From: Saprospiraceae bacterium
Lineage (GTDB): Bacteria > Bacteroidota > Bacteroidia > Chitinophagales > Saprospiraceae
Direction: 5' to 3'
DNA: 56,710 bases
NCBI GenBank assembly: GCA_045106545.1
Contig: JBGCES010000055.1
Location: 1-56,710 of the forward strand
This document shows positions 35,780-45,735 of this stretch, piece after piece. Every line of letters begins with the position of its first letter. Position 1 is the stretch's first letter. The translations under genes and the position numbers were made by a program. Under the pieces are notes generated by a model. That model was not told where the DNA came from, ran no database searches, and saw nothing but the letters and a program-made list of their open reading frames with translations.

Positions 35780-37933
35780 ATGACAAAGTCTTTTTTTACC
35801 CTAACCCTCGGTTTTCTACTCGCCTATGGATCTCTAACAGCACAAAGCTGGAAACAACACGTTAAACTCGCTGAAAATTTACTATTGGATGCCCGCTATG
35901 GCGAAGCAGCAGAGCAGTACGAGAAGGCGTGGCGTAAAAAAACGAAGCGCGTAGATTTACTAGCTAAAGCAGCAGAGAACTATCGCATCGTAAAGGATTA
36001 TCGTAAATCGGCAAAGGCTTACGAGCGCATTAAAGACAATAAAAGTTACCCACTTGCAGGATTGAATTATGCTCGTGCATTGAAGCAGGATGGGCAGTAC
36101 GATTTAGCAAAAGTGGAACTAGTTAATTTTTTGAGCGACTATAAAGGCTCAGATATGGACGTGATTCAAGGCATTGTGCAAACAGAAATCAAAGGCACAG
36201 AAATGGCAATTGAGCTTGGTGAATCACCTGCGAATAATTTAGAAATTGAACATTTGAGTAGTGAAGTAAATACGCCTGAAACAGAATTTGCACCAATGCC
36301 ATTTGCAGATGACATTTTGTATTTTTCTTCCACTATGGGTGATAAAGCAAAAATCTATCGCTCCCAGCGTCAAGATGGAAAGTGGGTAAAGGCTACGATT
36401 CCAGATAACTTTCCTGTAATTAAAGATAAACATTATTGTAATGGAACATTGGCTCCGGATGGGCAACGCTTTTACTTTAATATCTGTGAATCTAATGAAA
36501 ACTGGGGTAGCCTTTCTACACAGTGTCAACTTTATGTAATCAAGCGCGAAGACTCGGAGTGGAGTTCGCCTGAACCGTTACGAGATTACATCAACATGAA
36601 AGGCGTGACAACTACCCAACCACACGTAGTACATAAAGATGATAAAGAGCTTTTATATTTTGCTTCTAATCGAGAAGGTGGATACGGAGGAATGGACATT
36701 TGGGTCGCAACCCGCGATTTAAGTAGTACAGATATTGACTTTACTTTTCCAGAGAATGTCGGTGGTGAAATCAATACTATTGGTGATGAAATTACCCCAT
36801 TCTACGATTTGGAAAACGAAAAATTATACTTTGCCTCTAACGGTCATATTACATTAGGTGGCTACGATGTTTTTACTACACAGGGTAGTGAGAAGTTGTG
36901 GGATACACCGAAAAATTTGCAAACGCCGATTAATAGTAGTGCAGACGATTATTTTTACACAATAACTCCTGGAGGTACTGGTGGATTTTTTGTTTCTAAT
37001 CGCCTTTATGGAATGGAAAAGATCACTACCCAGCACGAAGACATTTTCGCATTTACAGAACAAATCAAAGACATTGTTACACAAGGGACAATTTACGACG
37101 ATGCAACCAGAACAATTGTCAACAATGCTATGGTTTCACTCTACGATGTGACCGATGATTCCCGTGAACGTTTATTAACGAATAAAAATATAACGGACGG
37201 AAGATATTTTTTCCCAATTCTCCCAAATCGAAAATATAAAGTAGAAATAATGGGTGATGGCTATATGCCTAAGGGCTATAATTTCGATACCTATAATTTT
37301 GCAAATCAGGCAGAATACGGAGAACCAATCTATTTAGCTAAGATCGGTAATACGAGCGTAGTAGAAACAGAGGTGATACCTACGCCACCGACTAGTAATC
37401 CAGCTGTGGTTACAACAACGCCTACTGCATCTACAGCCACAACAACCACTTCTACGCCAACAACGTCAACGGAGCGCGAGACTTATACTTCCACAACTAA
37501 TTCAAGTGATTACAGTAGCAAACCTACTTATACTCCAACGACTACAACCACCGTTCCTGTAAATACTTCACCCTCACGTTCGGTTTCGACGACGAATACG
37601 AATGGGGCGAGTTATACCACACGAGGGCAGTCTGCGAAGGATAGTTATAAATTCATTACGAATGCGCCACGTCATCAAGGGACTTATTATAAAGTACAAT
37701 TGATTGCTGTAGCAAAATACGACGGAGGATCACACCGCCGCTATAACGCGATTCGTAATATAGCACGGATGGATACAGAATACATCATTGCCAAGAAGCT
37801 AACGCGGGTATTACTAGCTGACTATTTCAGTCTAGGGGAAGCAGAACGAGCATTACGAGAAGTACAAAATAATGGTTTCTCTGGTGCTTTCATTATTCGT
37901 TACGAAGATGGTGAACGAATTGGTCGGATTTGA
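35780..37933 (+). CDS. Envelope protein with TPR-like, TolB-like repeat, Thr/Pro-rich linker and C-terminal SPOR domain
   Basis: 717-aa ORF with a signal peptide and WD40-like/TolB-type repeats. It has a low-complexity T/P/S linker (about 37380-37620) and a C-terminal SPOR-like segment (YYKVQLIAVAKY...FSGAFIIRYEDG). Confidence 0.85.
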   Translation: MTKSFFTLTLGFLLAYGSLTAQSWKQHVKLAENLLLDARYGEAAEQYEKAWRKKTKRVDLLAKAAENYRIVKDYRKSAKAYERIKDNKSYPLAGLNYARALKQDGQYDLAKVELVNFLSDYKGSDMDVIQGIVQTEIKGTEMAIELGESPANNLEIEHLSSEVNTPETEFAPMPFADDILYFSSTMGDKAKIYRSQRQDGKWVKATIPDNFPVIKDKHYCNGTLAPDGQRFYFNICESNENWGSLSTQCQLYVIKREDSEWSSPEPLRDYINMKGVTTTQPHVVHKDDKELLYFASNREGGYGGMDIWVATRDLSSTDIDFTFPENVGGEINTIGDEITPFYDLENEKLYFASNGHITLGGYDVFTTQGSEKLWDTPKNLQTPINSSADDYFYTITPGGTGGFFVSNRLYGMEKITTQHEDIFAFTEQIKDIVTQGTIYDDATRTIVNNAMVSLYDVTDDSRERLLTNKNITDGRYFFPILPNRKYKVEIMGDGYMPKGYNFDTYNFANQAEYGEPIYLAKIGNTSVVETEVIPTPPTSNPAVVTTTPTASTATTTTSTPTTSTERETYTSTTNSSDYSSKPTYTPTTTTTVPVNTSPSRSVSTTNTNGASYTTRGQSAKDSYKFITNAPRHQGTYYKVQLIAVAKYDGGSHRRYNAIRNIARMDTEYIIAKKLTRVLLADYFSLGEAERALREVQNNGFSGAFIIRYEDGERIGRI

Positions 37934-37980
37934 TTTGTAACGAATAGAAACCCAAATATTTAAGGTTTTTCATAAAAAAT

Positions 37981-38012
37981 GCGGCAGATAGCTTTATCTG
38001 CCGCATTTTTTT
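37981..38012 (+). terminator. Intrinsic terminator
   Basis: GCGGCAGAT-AGCTTT-ATCTGCCGC followed by ATTTTTTT. Confidence 0.8.
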
Positions 38013-38280
38013 GTGGTAAAACACATTTATAATTTCAGTAATGTGTAAAAACTATTATATTTGTGTTTTTGATATTTATAATTTATTGAGTAAGTATATT
38101 TCTGACGATTCTGACCACTTTCAGCCAAGCGGTTTTAAAGTAAGTTTAAATGTTTAATTGCTGCGCTTTTTAGCACGGTCAAGTTAGTTGTAAACGGCAC
38201 ATACAGCTACTTCCTGCACTAGAAAAGTTCAACAATGTGAGCAACTTAACTCTACTGTCGCTGCTGTCTAATCACATTTT

Positions 38281-39111
38281 ATGAAAGCACTATACACACT
38301 ACTGATTAGCAGTGTACTACTCTCCCTTACCTATATTACACCTTCTCGCTACGTGGTGCAAGTTGCCGCCTATGGTAGTCCAATTCAATTAAGTCACTTC
38401 GAAGAGGCAGGATTAGATAATGTATATCGCCAATCTGATCAAAATCAAATTTACCGTTATTACATTGGAGAATTTGAAGTGCGAGACAGCGCGGAATCTA
38501 TTGTACAAGAAGTAATTGCGAAAGGATTTAAATACGCGAGAGTAATCGATCTAGAAGAGCAGCGTTCTTTATGTGGAACACCATGCCCTCAAATGGAAAG
38601 TAAAACAACTACTTTTGCCGATATTGATGGTGAACATCCCTTCCTAAAGACAATTTATTTTAATTCTGATCAAAGTACGCTACGCTACGATGCACTTCCA
38701 GTTTTAGACAGTGTCAAACAAATTTTGCGAAGAAATTCTGGTTATCATGTTCTCGTTACTGGACATACCGATATGGATGGTGATGCCGAATACAATGTCG
38801 GATTATCACGCCGACGCGCTCGTCAAGTCCGCACCTATTTTATTAATCGAGGTGTACACTCTGATCGAATAGATGCAAAGGTTTATGGAGAGTCAATGCC
38901 TATTGCTCGTCCTACCAAATCAAAAGGTACTGGACGGTTATCCAAGAATTATAACCGGCGCGTAGTCATTGCTATCGTAACACAAAAAGGAGAATTGGTG
39001 AATGAACCAGGCATTCCTTTTTTAAAATTCAAAGGCAATATAAATCACGTTCCTGATTCTCTGAGAGTCTATGAGTATCCCGTACGCCCGAAGAAAGAGA
39101 AACAAGGATAA
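38281..39111 (+). CDS. SPOR-like / OmpA C-terminal domain protein
   Basis: 276-aa ORF with an N-terminal SPOR-like segment (YVVQVAAYGSP...YRYYIGEF) and an OmpA-like domain (TGHTDMDGDAEYNVGLSRRRA...NRRVVIAI). Confidence 0.85.
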   Translation: MKALYTLLISSVLLSLTYITPSRYVVQVAAYGSPIQLSHFEEAGLDNVYRQSDQNQIYRYYIGEFEVRDSAESIVQEVIAKGFKYARVIDLEEQRSLCGTPCPQMESKTTTFADIDGEHPFLKTIYFNSDQSTLRYDALPVLDSVKQILRRNSGYHVLVTGHTDMDGDAEYNVGLSRRRARQVRTYFINRGVHSDRIDAKVYGESMPIARPTKSKGTGRLSKNYNRRVVIAIVTQKGELVNEPGIPFLKFKGNINHVPDSLRVYEYPVRPKKEKQG

Positions 39112-39132
39112 GGGAGTAGGAAATAAATAAAT

Positions 39133-39684
39133 TTAAAAATTCACCGCCACCTCCATGGTGCGCGGTTCTGCTAACAGAATATCCTGAAAACTTTTGATCA
39201 CGTAGCCTTGCTGTGGCGTGTAACTTAATTCTTGCTTCGTCTGGGCGATTACATTATCGGTAGCATTAAGGATTTCTACATTAGTGACTTCTTTATTTGT
39301 AAACGTAATCGCTACTTTTCGGGTACGCAGTTTGTCTTCCAAGGCCGTATAAGTCAATTGAGTCAAATTTCCTGTGGCATTCCTTGTACTATCTACCTCA
39401 TATTTATCCAACCAAGAAGTTCGATTTATATCAGAATCAATAAATAGTTGTAATTCTTGTTTAAAATCAGGCGTGCTAATTGTTTTTGATTCTGTCTTCC
39501 CATTAATACTCGCTTTCTTTTGTACCTCTTGTTTTGTAGCAAGCAATTTAACCTGTCCCTTAAAATATTGACTCAAATCAAAAAATCGTTCAACGGATTG
39601 ATCGTTTTCAGTTTCTAAATCACTATTCGTACAAGCAAAGAGTAAACAGAAACAACAAAAAGTTAATAGACGCAAGCAATTCAT
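39133..39684 (-). CDS. Hypothetical lipoprotein
   Basis: 183-aa ORF with a lipobox-like N-terminus (LLFACTNS). Confidence 0.7.
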   Translation of the reverse strand: MNCLRLLTFCCFCLLFACTNSDLETENDQSVERFFDLSQYFKGQVKLLATKQEVQKKASINGKTESKTISTPDFKQELQLFIDSDINRTSWLDKYEVDSTRNATGNLTQLTYTALEDKLRTRKVAITFTNKEVTNVEILNATDNVIAQTKQELSYTPQQGYVIKSFQDILLAEPRTMEVAVNF

Positions 39685-39749
39685 ATTATGATTCTTTGAT
39701 TCGTTTTTTTAGCAAAACAGTCTATTCCTCTAATAAGTTTTACTAAATT

Positions 39750-41708
39750 CTACTGACGCAAACTTTGCAGATAAGCGGGATCAACTTGTGCGCCTAATTG
39801 TTGCGCCGTTTGTGCATCTACTAATGCCTGAGGTTGATTGCCAAGTGCGTTGTAAGTTTGACTCCGCATTAGGTAGAATACGCCTTTACCGCTATCCAAT
39901 TGAATCGCTTGATTGAAATCTGCCAAACCCTCTGTGTAAAGTTGTAAATTATAACGCGCTAAACCACGTTCATACCAAATATCAGCTCGATAAGGATCGC
40001 GTTGTAAATAAGCAGTATAGTCTTGAATTGCTAAATCGTACTGCCCTCGTTGAAAATAAGCAATGGAACGATTGAGATAAGCATTAATAAACTCTGGATC
40101 CAGTTCGACACTTTTATTTAAGTCCTGTAGTGCTAAATCAATTTTACCTGCCGCTCCATAAGCTCCACCTCGGTTCGCATGGAGTTCCGCTAGCGTCTTC
40201 TGTTCTACGGTTGGTTCATTGATACCAGTGGTATAATCATCAATGGCGCGTTGCGTTTGACCATTTTCAAAATACAATTTGCCACGGCTATTATAAATCT
40301 CGGCTTTGTTGGGATTAATATTTAAAGCCGCATCATAGTTTTTTATTGCTTCTGCAAAATTTCCATTATCGCGAAAAAAGTGCCCACGATTCGTAAACGC
40401 AGTCGTAGTTCGTGGATAATGCTTGATGACTTGTGACCAGAGCGTATCACTATTTTTCCAAGTCATGGTTTGCTGAAAAGTAGTTATTGTTAAAATTGCC
40501 AAATAAGAACCTAAAGCGATATGCCAAATAGTACGAGTCGTTGGGCGTTTACTCGTAAAATAGTGATACGCATAAGCTGCTAAAAAGAAAAATCCAAGAT
40601 AAGGAATGTAAGTAAACCGATCTGCTAAAAAACCTTGCCCTGCGCCTAATATTTGTAAGAGAAACATCACGTTAAACGTAAAAAAGGCAAAAGCAAAAAC
40701 GATACTTCGATATCCTTTTTGATAAGCTTTGAATAAGCCAAAAAATAGTGCAGCAATTGGTAGTGGCGCGAGATAAAAATAGTAAGGAATCTGAGCAGGA
40801 TATGGATATAAAGTAGAAAGAGGGTATGGAAAAATCAATTTAAAAAGGTAAACCACGTAGGAGTATGCACCAATAAATAAACGATCAATAAAAGTAAAAT
40901 TTGCCGCCTCTTCTAATGAACCTTGTTCGCCTAAAATAAACACGCCAAGTAAGCCAAAAAATAGCGATAAGGCGAAATACGCCCACTTCTCTGTGAGCAG
41001 TTTAAAATTCAATGGTCGGCGAAAATAATAATCTACTGCTAACATGGACAATGGCAATGCCACCGCCTGAATTTTAGAAAATAAAGCTAAAACGAATAAT
41101 CCTAAAATCGCTACTGGTTGTGCGGAAAAGTTTTCTCGATTTGTTGCTACATTTTTGCTGTATAACCAAAGAGCAGGCAGAAAAAAAACACCAAACAAAA
41201 CGTCTTTACGTTCCGTCACCCATGCAACTGATTCTACCCGCATTGGATGAATGCCAAACAGCAAAGCAGCAAAGGCTGCAGCTAGTGGATTCAACTTCCA
41301 AACTAACATCAGTCGATAAACGAAATAGGTGCAAATGAGGTGAAGAATAACATTATTGAGGTGAAAAACAGTTGAATTAAGTCCAAATACAGCCTTCTCA
41401 ATCGCAAAGGTTAATATCGGCAAAGGGTTATAATTACCAATCACATCACTAGTAAAAATGCCTACAATACTCTCCCAATTAAATACTTGTAAGTTAGGAT
41501 TTTCTAATAAATTAACATTATCATCCCAGTTAACAAAACCCGCCGATAGCGCGGGTAAGAAAGCTAAAAATGTGACAACTAGTACTAACACAATCGGTAG
41601 AAATGAAGCCTTATTTTGTGCGTTTGATACTGATTTAAATTGCTTTTTAGCTAAATTATTATTTGTTTTTTTAGTAGAAGAATACTTTTTTTTCTTGGCT
41701 GTAGGCAT
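39750..41708 (-). CDS. Membrane protein with glycosyltransferase-39/PMT-like N-terminal TM region and C-terminal TPR repeats
   Basis: 652-aa ORF with about 9-11 TM helices followed by multiple TPR units (NRGHFF..., AEIYNSRGKLY..., NAYLNRSIAY...). Confidence 0.8.
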   Translation of the reverse strand: MPTAKKKKYSSTKKTNNNLAKKQFKSVSNAQNKASFLPIVLVLVVTFLAFLPALSAGFVNWDDNVNLLENPNLQVFNWESIVGIFTSDVIGNYNPLPILTFAIEKAVFGLNSTVFHLNNVILHLICTYFVYRLMLVWKLNPLAAAFAALLFGIHPMRVESVAWVTERKDVLFGVFFLPALWLYSKNVATNRENFSAQPVAILGLFVLALFSKIQAVALPLSMLAVDYYFRRPLNFKLLTEKWAYFALSLFFGLLGVFILGEQGSLEEAANFTFIDRLFIGAYSYVVYLFKLIFPYPLSTLYPYPAQIPYYFYLAPLPIAALFFGLFKAYQKGYRSIVFAFAFFTFNVMFLLQILGAGQGFLADRFTYIPYLGFFFLAAYAYHYFTSKRPTTRTIWHIALGSYLAILTITTFQQTMTWKNSDTLWSQVIKHYPRTTTAFTNRGHFFRDNGNFAEAIKNYDAALNINPNKAEIYNSRGKLYFENGQTQRAIDDYTTGINEPTVEQKTLAELHANRGGAYGAAGKIDLALQDLNKSVELDPEFINAYLNRSIAYFQRGQYDLAIQDYTAYLQRDPYRADIWYERGLARYNLQLYTEGLADFNQAIQLDSGKGVFYLMRSQTYNALGNQPQALVDAQTAQQLGAQVDPAYLQSLRQ

Positions 41709-41865
41709 AATAAAAAATAAGTAAAATAATAACTATAGAACTGCAAAATGTCAAGGTTCACCGTTTTACTTTATTGTTCTTTAACCAATTCTCAAAATCG
41801 AGTTTGAGGTAATTTATCAAAGAACTTACTTTATTATTTCTTTTCAGTCCTATTACTTATCGCAA

Positions 41866-42519
41866 CTATGGAGCAAGACGGTCAATTTTCCATGCTCCAT
41901 CAGCTTGTAAGGTATAGCGAATTCGGTCGTGTAAACGGCTGGATCGACCTTGCCAAAATTCTATGTTATCAGGTATGATACGAAATCCTCCCCAATGATC
42001 GGGGCGAGGTAATTGTTTTTGATTAGCGTATTGCTTCTGTAATGCTTCCACCTTCTTTTCCAATACTTCGCGTCCTGGAATTACCTGACTCTGCGGAGAT
42101 GCCCACGCGCCAATTTGGCTTCCTTTCGGGCGACTTTGGAAATAATCGGTTGATGCTGCAGCAGTTATTCTTTCTACTTTTCCTTCGACTCTTATTTGCT
42201 GTTGAAGTTCAAGCCAATTAAAAACTACGGCGGCAAAAGGCGTTCCACTTAGTTCCTGCCCTTTTTGACTTTCATAATTAGTATAAAAAACTAATCCCTG
42301 CTCGTCAAAACCTTTTAAAAGTACAATACGTGCACTTGGTCTGCCATCTGCTCGAATAGTCGCTAGAGTCATTGCATTGGGTTCAGGAATTTTACATTCT
42401 AATGCATGCTGAAACCACTGCGTGAATAACTGGAATGGATGCTCCGCCAGATCACTTTCTTCTAAAGTGCCATTGCGGTAATCTTCGCGTAGATCTTTTA
42501 TTTCAGTGAGATTTGCCAT
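41866..42519 (-). CDS. pdxH: Pyridoxamine 5'-phosphate oxidase
   Basis: ATG 42519 (MANLTEIKDLR). PdxH motifs are present (RIVLLKGFDEQGLVFYTNYESQKG, IEFWQGRSSRLHDRIRY). Confidence 0.93.
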   Translation of the reverse strand: MANLTEIKDLREDYRNGTLEESDLAEHPFQLFTQWFQHALECKIPEPNAMTLATIRADGRPSARIVLLKGFDEQGLVFYTNYESQKGQELSGTPFAAVVFNWLELQQQIRVEGKVERITAAASTDYFQSRPKGSQIGAWASPQSQVIPGREVLEKKVEALQKQYANQKQLPRPDHWGGFRIIPDNIEFWQGRSSRLHDRIRYTLQADGAWKIDRLAP

Positions 42520-42607
42520 TGTGTACTGATTTAAAGTCAAAAAAATATTATTGATAAAACAGTCCACAATAGAAGTGGTTGAAGATGAGTACGAGAATTA
42601 TAGGCAT

Positions 42608-42643
42608 AAAAAAACCCTGTCAAAAAAAACTCGTTTGACAGGG
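42608..42643 (-). terminator. Intrinsic terminator-like hairpin (minus strand), module 1
   Basis: The minus strand reads CCCTGTCAAA-CGAGTTTTT-TTTGACAGGG followed by TTTTTT. No annotated gene lies within about 600 bp upstream. Confidence 0.55.
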
Positions 42644-42699
42644 ACAAAACAAAAAACAAACACTATGAACAAACACTAATTTCTTGTGGGTGAGAGAGT

Positions 42700-42725
42700 A
42701 AAAAGCCCCCGAAACAGTTCGGGGG
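42700..42725 (-). terminator. Intrinsic terminator-like hairpin (minus strand), module 2
   Basis: The minus strand reads CCCCCGAA-CTGT-TTCGGGGG followed by CTTTTT. Confidence 0.5.
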
Positions 42726-43265
42726 ATAATAAAAAACAAAAACTATGAACAAACACTCACCCTATATTCTTGAATAACTGAAATCAGTTATTATGATTTT
42801 AAATTAGATAGCTACTATCGTTTTAGTAACTTAATATTTATTTTATTTGTATAAATATTTTATTAATACGTATAATCAAGTTTGATGCCAATAATATTAC
42901 TTCCTTGATTACAATATATATTGGTCATCACTTTTGATGTGATTGCTTCTACAAAAGAGTAAAATTTTTTGTTCTCTAAATTTGATAAAATAAAATTATT
43001 GTGACAGCCTAAACGACAACTTTAGTTTCGTTAGCTATTGCAAAAATAACTTATATATTGTTAATAAAAGAATATTTTATTGTACAAATAAGTATTTTTT
43101 ATAATATATTTTTTAGTAACGTATCTATGGTATTTTTGATACAGTAAACATGTTTTTATTTTCTTACCAAAGGAAAAAGTCTTCTATTAAAAATAAAAAA
43201 GTGAATAAATCGGACATTGCCGTTTTACTCACTTTAATATATTTAAGTATAGTATCAGTAATAAA

Positions 43266-44669
43266 TTAAGCGTAAATGCTAATTAAGATCTGCACATCTC
43301 GATCGAAGCGCAAATTAGGTGCAAAATCAAACAGCACGGTATGCAGTGCAAAATCTTCATCTAGTGCTTCGCCAAAGAAATATAGTGCTTCTTGTCTTTT
43401 CTCACAGGCAAATAGACAGGCTACACGGCAATATAACAATTGTGTACCCACAGCATAGCGCTCTGCGTCTAATAAGACTTCTGCTGCTCTTTCTCCTTGT
43501 CCAGCTTCCATAAGAAATGTCGCATACTGGATCCAATATTGAGTTTGATCGGGCGCAATTTCACAAGCACGTTGGAAAAGTGGTTCTGCTTTATCAAATT
43601 GGTTCTGTTGATAATATGCTTCGGCGAGTGCTGCAAAATATTCTTCGCGTTTCTCTTCAATATTAATTGCTCTCAAGTAATAAGCTATGGCAGCATGCCA
43701 GTTTTCTTCGTTAGCATAACATTCTCCCGTATGAAAATAAACCTCATCATTAGAGCTTTCCATTTCATCAGAGCGATTATAAAAACTACGCGCAATTTCG
43801 AATTTTCCTAGGTTCTGATAACACTGTCCAATACGTAAGAAAATATCTGCATCTGGATCAAAATGCTCCAGTGCCTCTTGATAACATTCTAGTGCTTTGC
43901 GATAGTTCTTTTTTAGTAGGCAAGTTTCGGCGCAATCACGGTAAGCAAATTCAAATTTTTCATTTGTCAAAAACGCATATTCGTAGGCATCAATAGCTTC
44001 ATCATAACGTCCCAGATAACAATAAGCATGACCTAAATTGTACCAAGCGAGATAAGAATAAGCATTGATATCTAGAATATTTTCATTCAGTTTAATGCTT
44101 TCTTCATATTTTTTTGAAATTTCTACACACAGCCATAAACGTTCCAATGCCTCCTGATTATTATGATCTTCTTGAAGCGCTGCTTGTAGTGCATAAAACA
44201 CTCGCTCGTGCTGTTCTAGTGCTTCATAAATCATGGCTTCCATGACAAAGACTTTGCTCAACTGAACGGCAGAAAGAGATTGTTTTTTCAACTCGTCAAT
44301 TATAGATTCAGCCAGATCTAAATGATCCAACATAATCAATGCTTTCGCACGTAATATAGGGATTTGAATATCAGAAGGCATACAGGTCTCCGCCTCTTGT
44401 AGAATATTTAGACAGGACTCAGCTAGTTCGATATCCAGCAATAGGCGAGCTTTTCTGATCAGTAAATTTGCTGAATAAGTATAATGTTCTAATGCACAGT
44501 CAAGCACTTCCAGTGCCTGTTCGGTCTGTGAATCTTTTTCGTAGTATTGAGTTAAACTAACGAAATCTTCCTCCGCAAAAAATATCGCCGTTCCCTTTAG
44601 CGACATGGCTTCGTACTCCGAAACCAACTCTGTAATCCGTGTATCCGGATTAAAATTATTAAAACCCAT
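43266..44669 (-). CDS. Cytoplasmic TPR-repeat protein
   Basis: 467-aa ORF with many TPR-like units (AWYNLGHAYCYLGRYDEAIDAYEYA...) and no signal peptide. Confidence 0.8.
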   Translation of the reverse strand: MGFNNFNPDTRITELVSEYEAMSLKGTAIFFAEEDFVSLTQYYEKDSQTEQALEVLDCALEHYTYSANLLIRKARLLLDIELAESCLNILQEAETCMPSDIQIPILRAKALIMLDHLDLAESIIDELKKQSLSAVQLSKVFVMEAMIYEALEQHERVFYALQAALQEDHNNQEALERLWLCVEISKKYEESIKLNENILDINAYSYLAWYNLGHAYCYLGRYDEAIDAYEYAFLTNEKFEFAYRDCAETCLLKKNYRKALECYQEALEHFDPDADIFLRIGQCYQNLGKFEIARSFYNRSDEMESSNDEVYFHTGECYANEENWHAAIAYYLRAINIEEKREEYFAALAEAYYQQNQFDKAEPLFQRACEIAPDQTQYWIQYATFLMEAGQGERAAEVLLDAERYAVGTQLLYCRVACLFACEKRQEALYFFGEALDEDFALHTVLFDFAPNLRFDRDVQILISIYA

Positions 44670-44970
44670 AGTCGTTGTTTAATAGAAGAACCGCATAAAG
44701 TTATATAAAAATGTTACAAAACTTTGAGTAAAAGCATGGGTGATTAGATACGAATAATGTAACGGTAGGTTTCTGGAAGGAAGTGGTCGTTTTTGCGTAA
44801 GATGCTATTCTATAATAATTTAAAGATTTAATTTATTTGAAAATGTTTAATACACAACAACATCAACTCATATTCGGAAAAATACTAACATTTAATTAGG
44901 AAAATTTTTACTTTTTTTCTAGGTAAGAATATCAATTGTTAAATAAGGCGAGATATGGTATCAAAATAGA

Positions 44971-45675
44971 TTAGCGTTTACCCATGACTAGATACTGATA
45001 GTTAAGTGCAGCATCATTGGTGCGCACATTGGAGAAACCGGCTTCTTTTAACTCTCTTTCTACTTGATACAATGGAATACGAATATCGGAAGGTGGGCCA
45101 ATCGATGTGTTTTTCTTTTTGAAATCAATAATCAATAACCGCCCGTCTTCTGCCATGCCATTTTGTAAAGTCTTTAAGTATTCCACCCGATTTTCGATGT
45201 ACATATAAGTATTAACAATGGTTACGACATCTACTTCTTGTGGCTGAAGGTTTGGATTATCAGGACGAGCGAGACGTGGCTCCAGGCGGTCGCGGTAAAT
45301 GGAATCTAAACCATTTACGCGGACACTGTCGAGATAATTAACAAACCGAGGATCAATGTCAATCGCGATGACTTTCTTGGCTTTAGGAACCGTACGTAAC
45401 GTCAAATATCCTGTCCCTGCTCCAATATCGGCAACGACTTTATCAGACAAATCACCCAGCGTTTCTAAAATCAAATCAGGTTTTTGCCAAATACCGCGAT
45501 TGGTTGATTCGTAGGTTTCAAAAAAACCGCTCTCTTCTGTTTCTGGTACAGGTTCGGTTACCGTTTGAGTAGGTATATCAATTGGTGCACGCTCGGTAGG
45601 ATTGGTGTCATTCGTACAAGCGAGTTGAACCGATAATAAACAAAAAAGTAGGTAGGTAAAGGCGTATTTTTTCAT
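44971..45675 (-). CDS. Class I SAM-dependent methyltransferase with a lipoprotein-type N-terminus
   Basis: 234-aa ORF with a SAM-binding motif I (VADIGAGTGYLT) and an N-terminal MKKYAFTYLLFCLLSVQLACTND. Confidence 0.8.
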   Translation of the reverse strand: MKKYAFTYLLFCLLSVQLACTNDTNPTERAPIDIPTQTVTEPVPETEESGFFETYESTNRGIWQKPDLILETLGDLSDKVVADIGAGTGYLTLRTVPKAKKVIAIDIDPRFVNYLDSVRVNGLDSIYRDRLEPRLARPDNPNLQPQEVDVVTIVNTYMYIENRVEYLKTLQNGMAEDGRLLIIDFKKKNTSIGPPSDIRIPLYQVERELKEAGFSNVRTNDAALNYQYLVMGKR

Positions 45676-45735
45676 AAGCGGTAGCGAAGAAGTCCTAAAG
45701 GTAGCAATTGCAACGTTATCCTAATAACTCCATCC

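Noticed and set aside
42664-42780. Tiny plus-strand ORFs in the duplicated 27-mer (ATGAACAAACACTAA = MNKH*, and MNKHSPYILE*) considered as leader peptides.
   Set aside because: They are only 4 and 10 codons long and no plus-strand gene lies downstream for them to regulate. The flanking hairpins have T-runs only on the minus strand.
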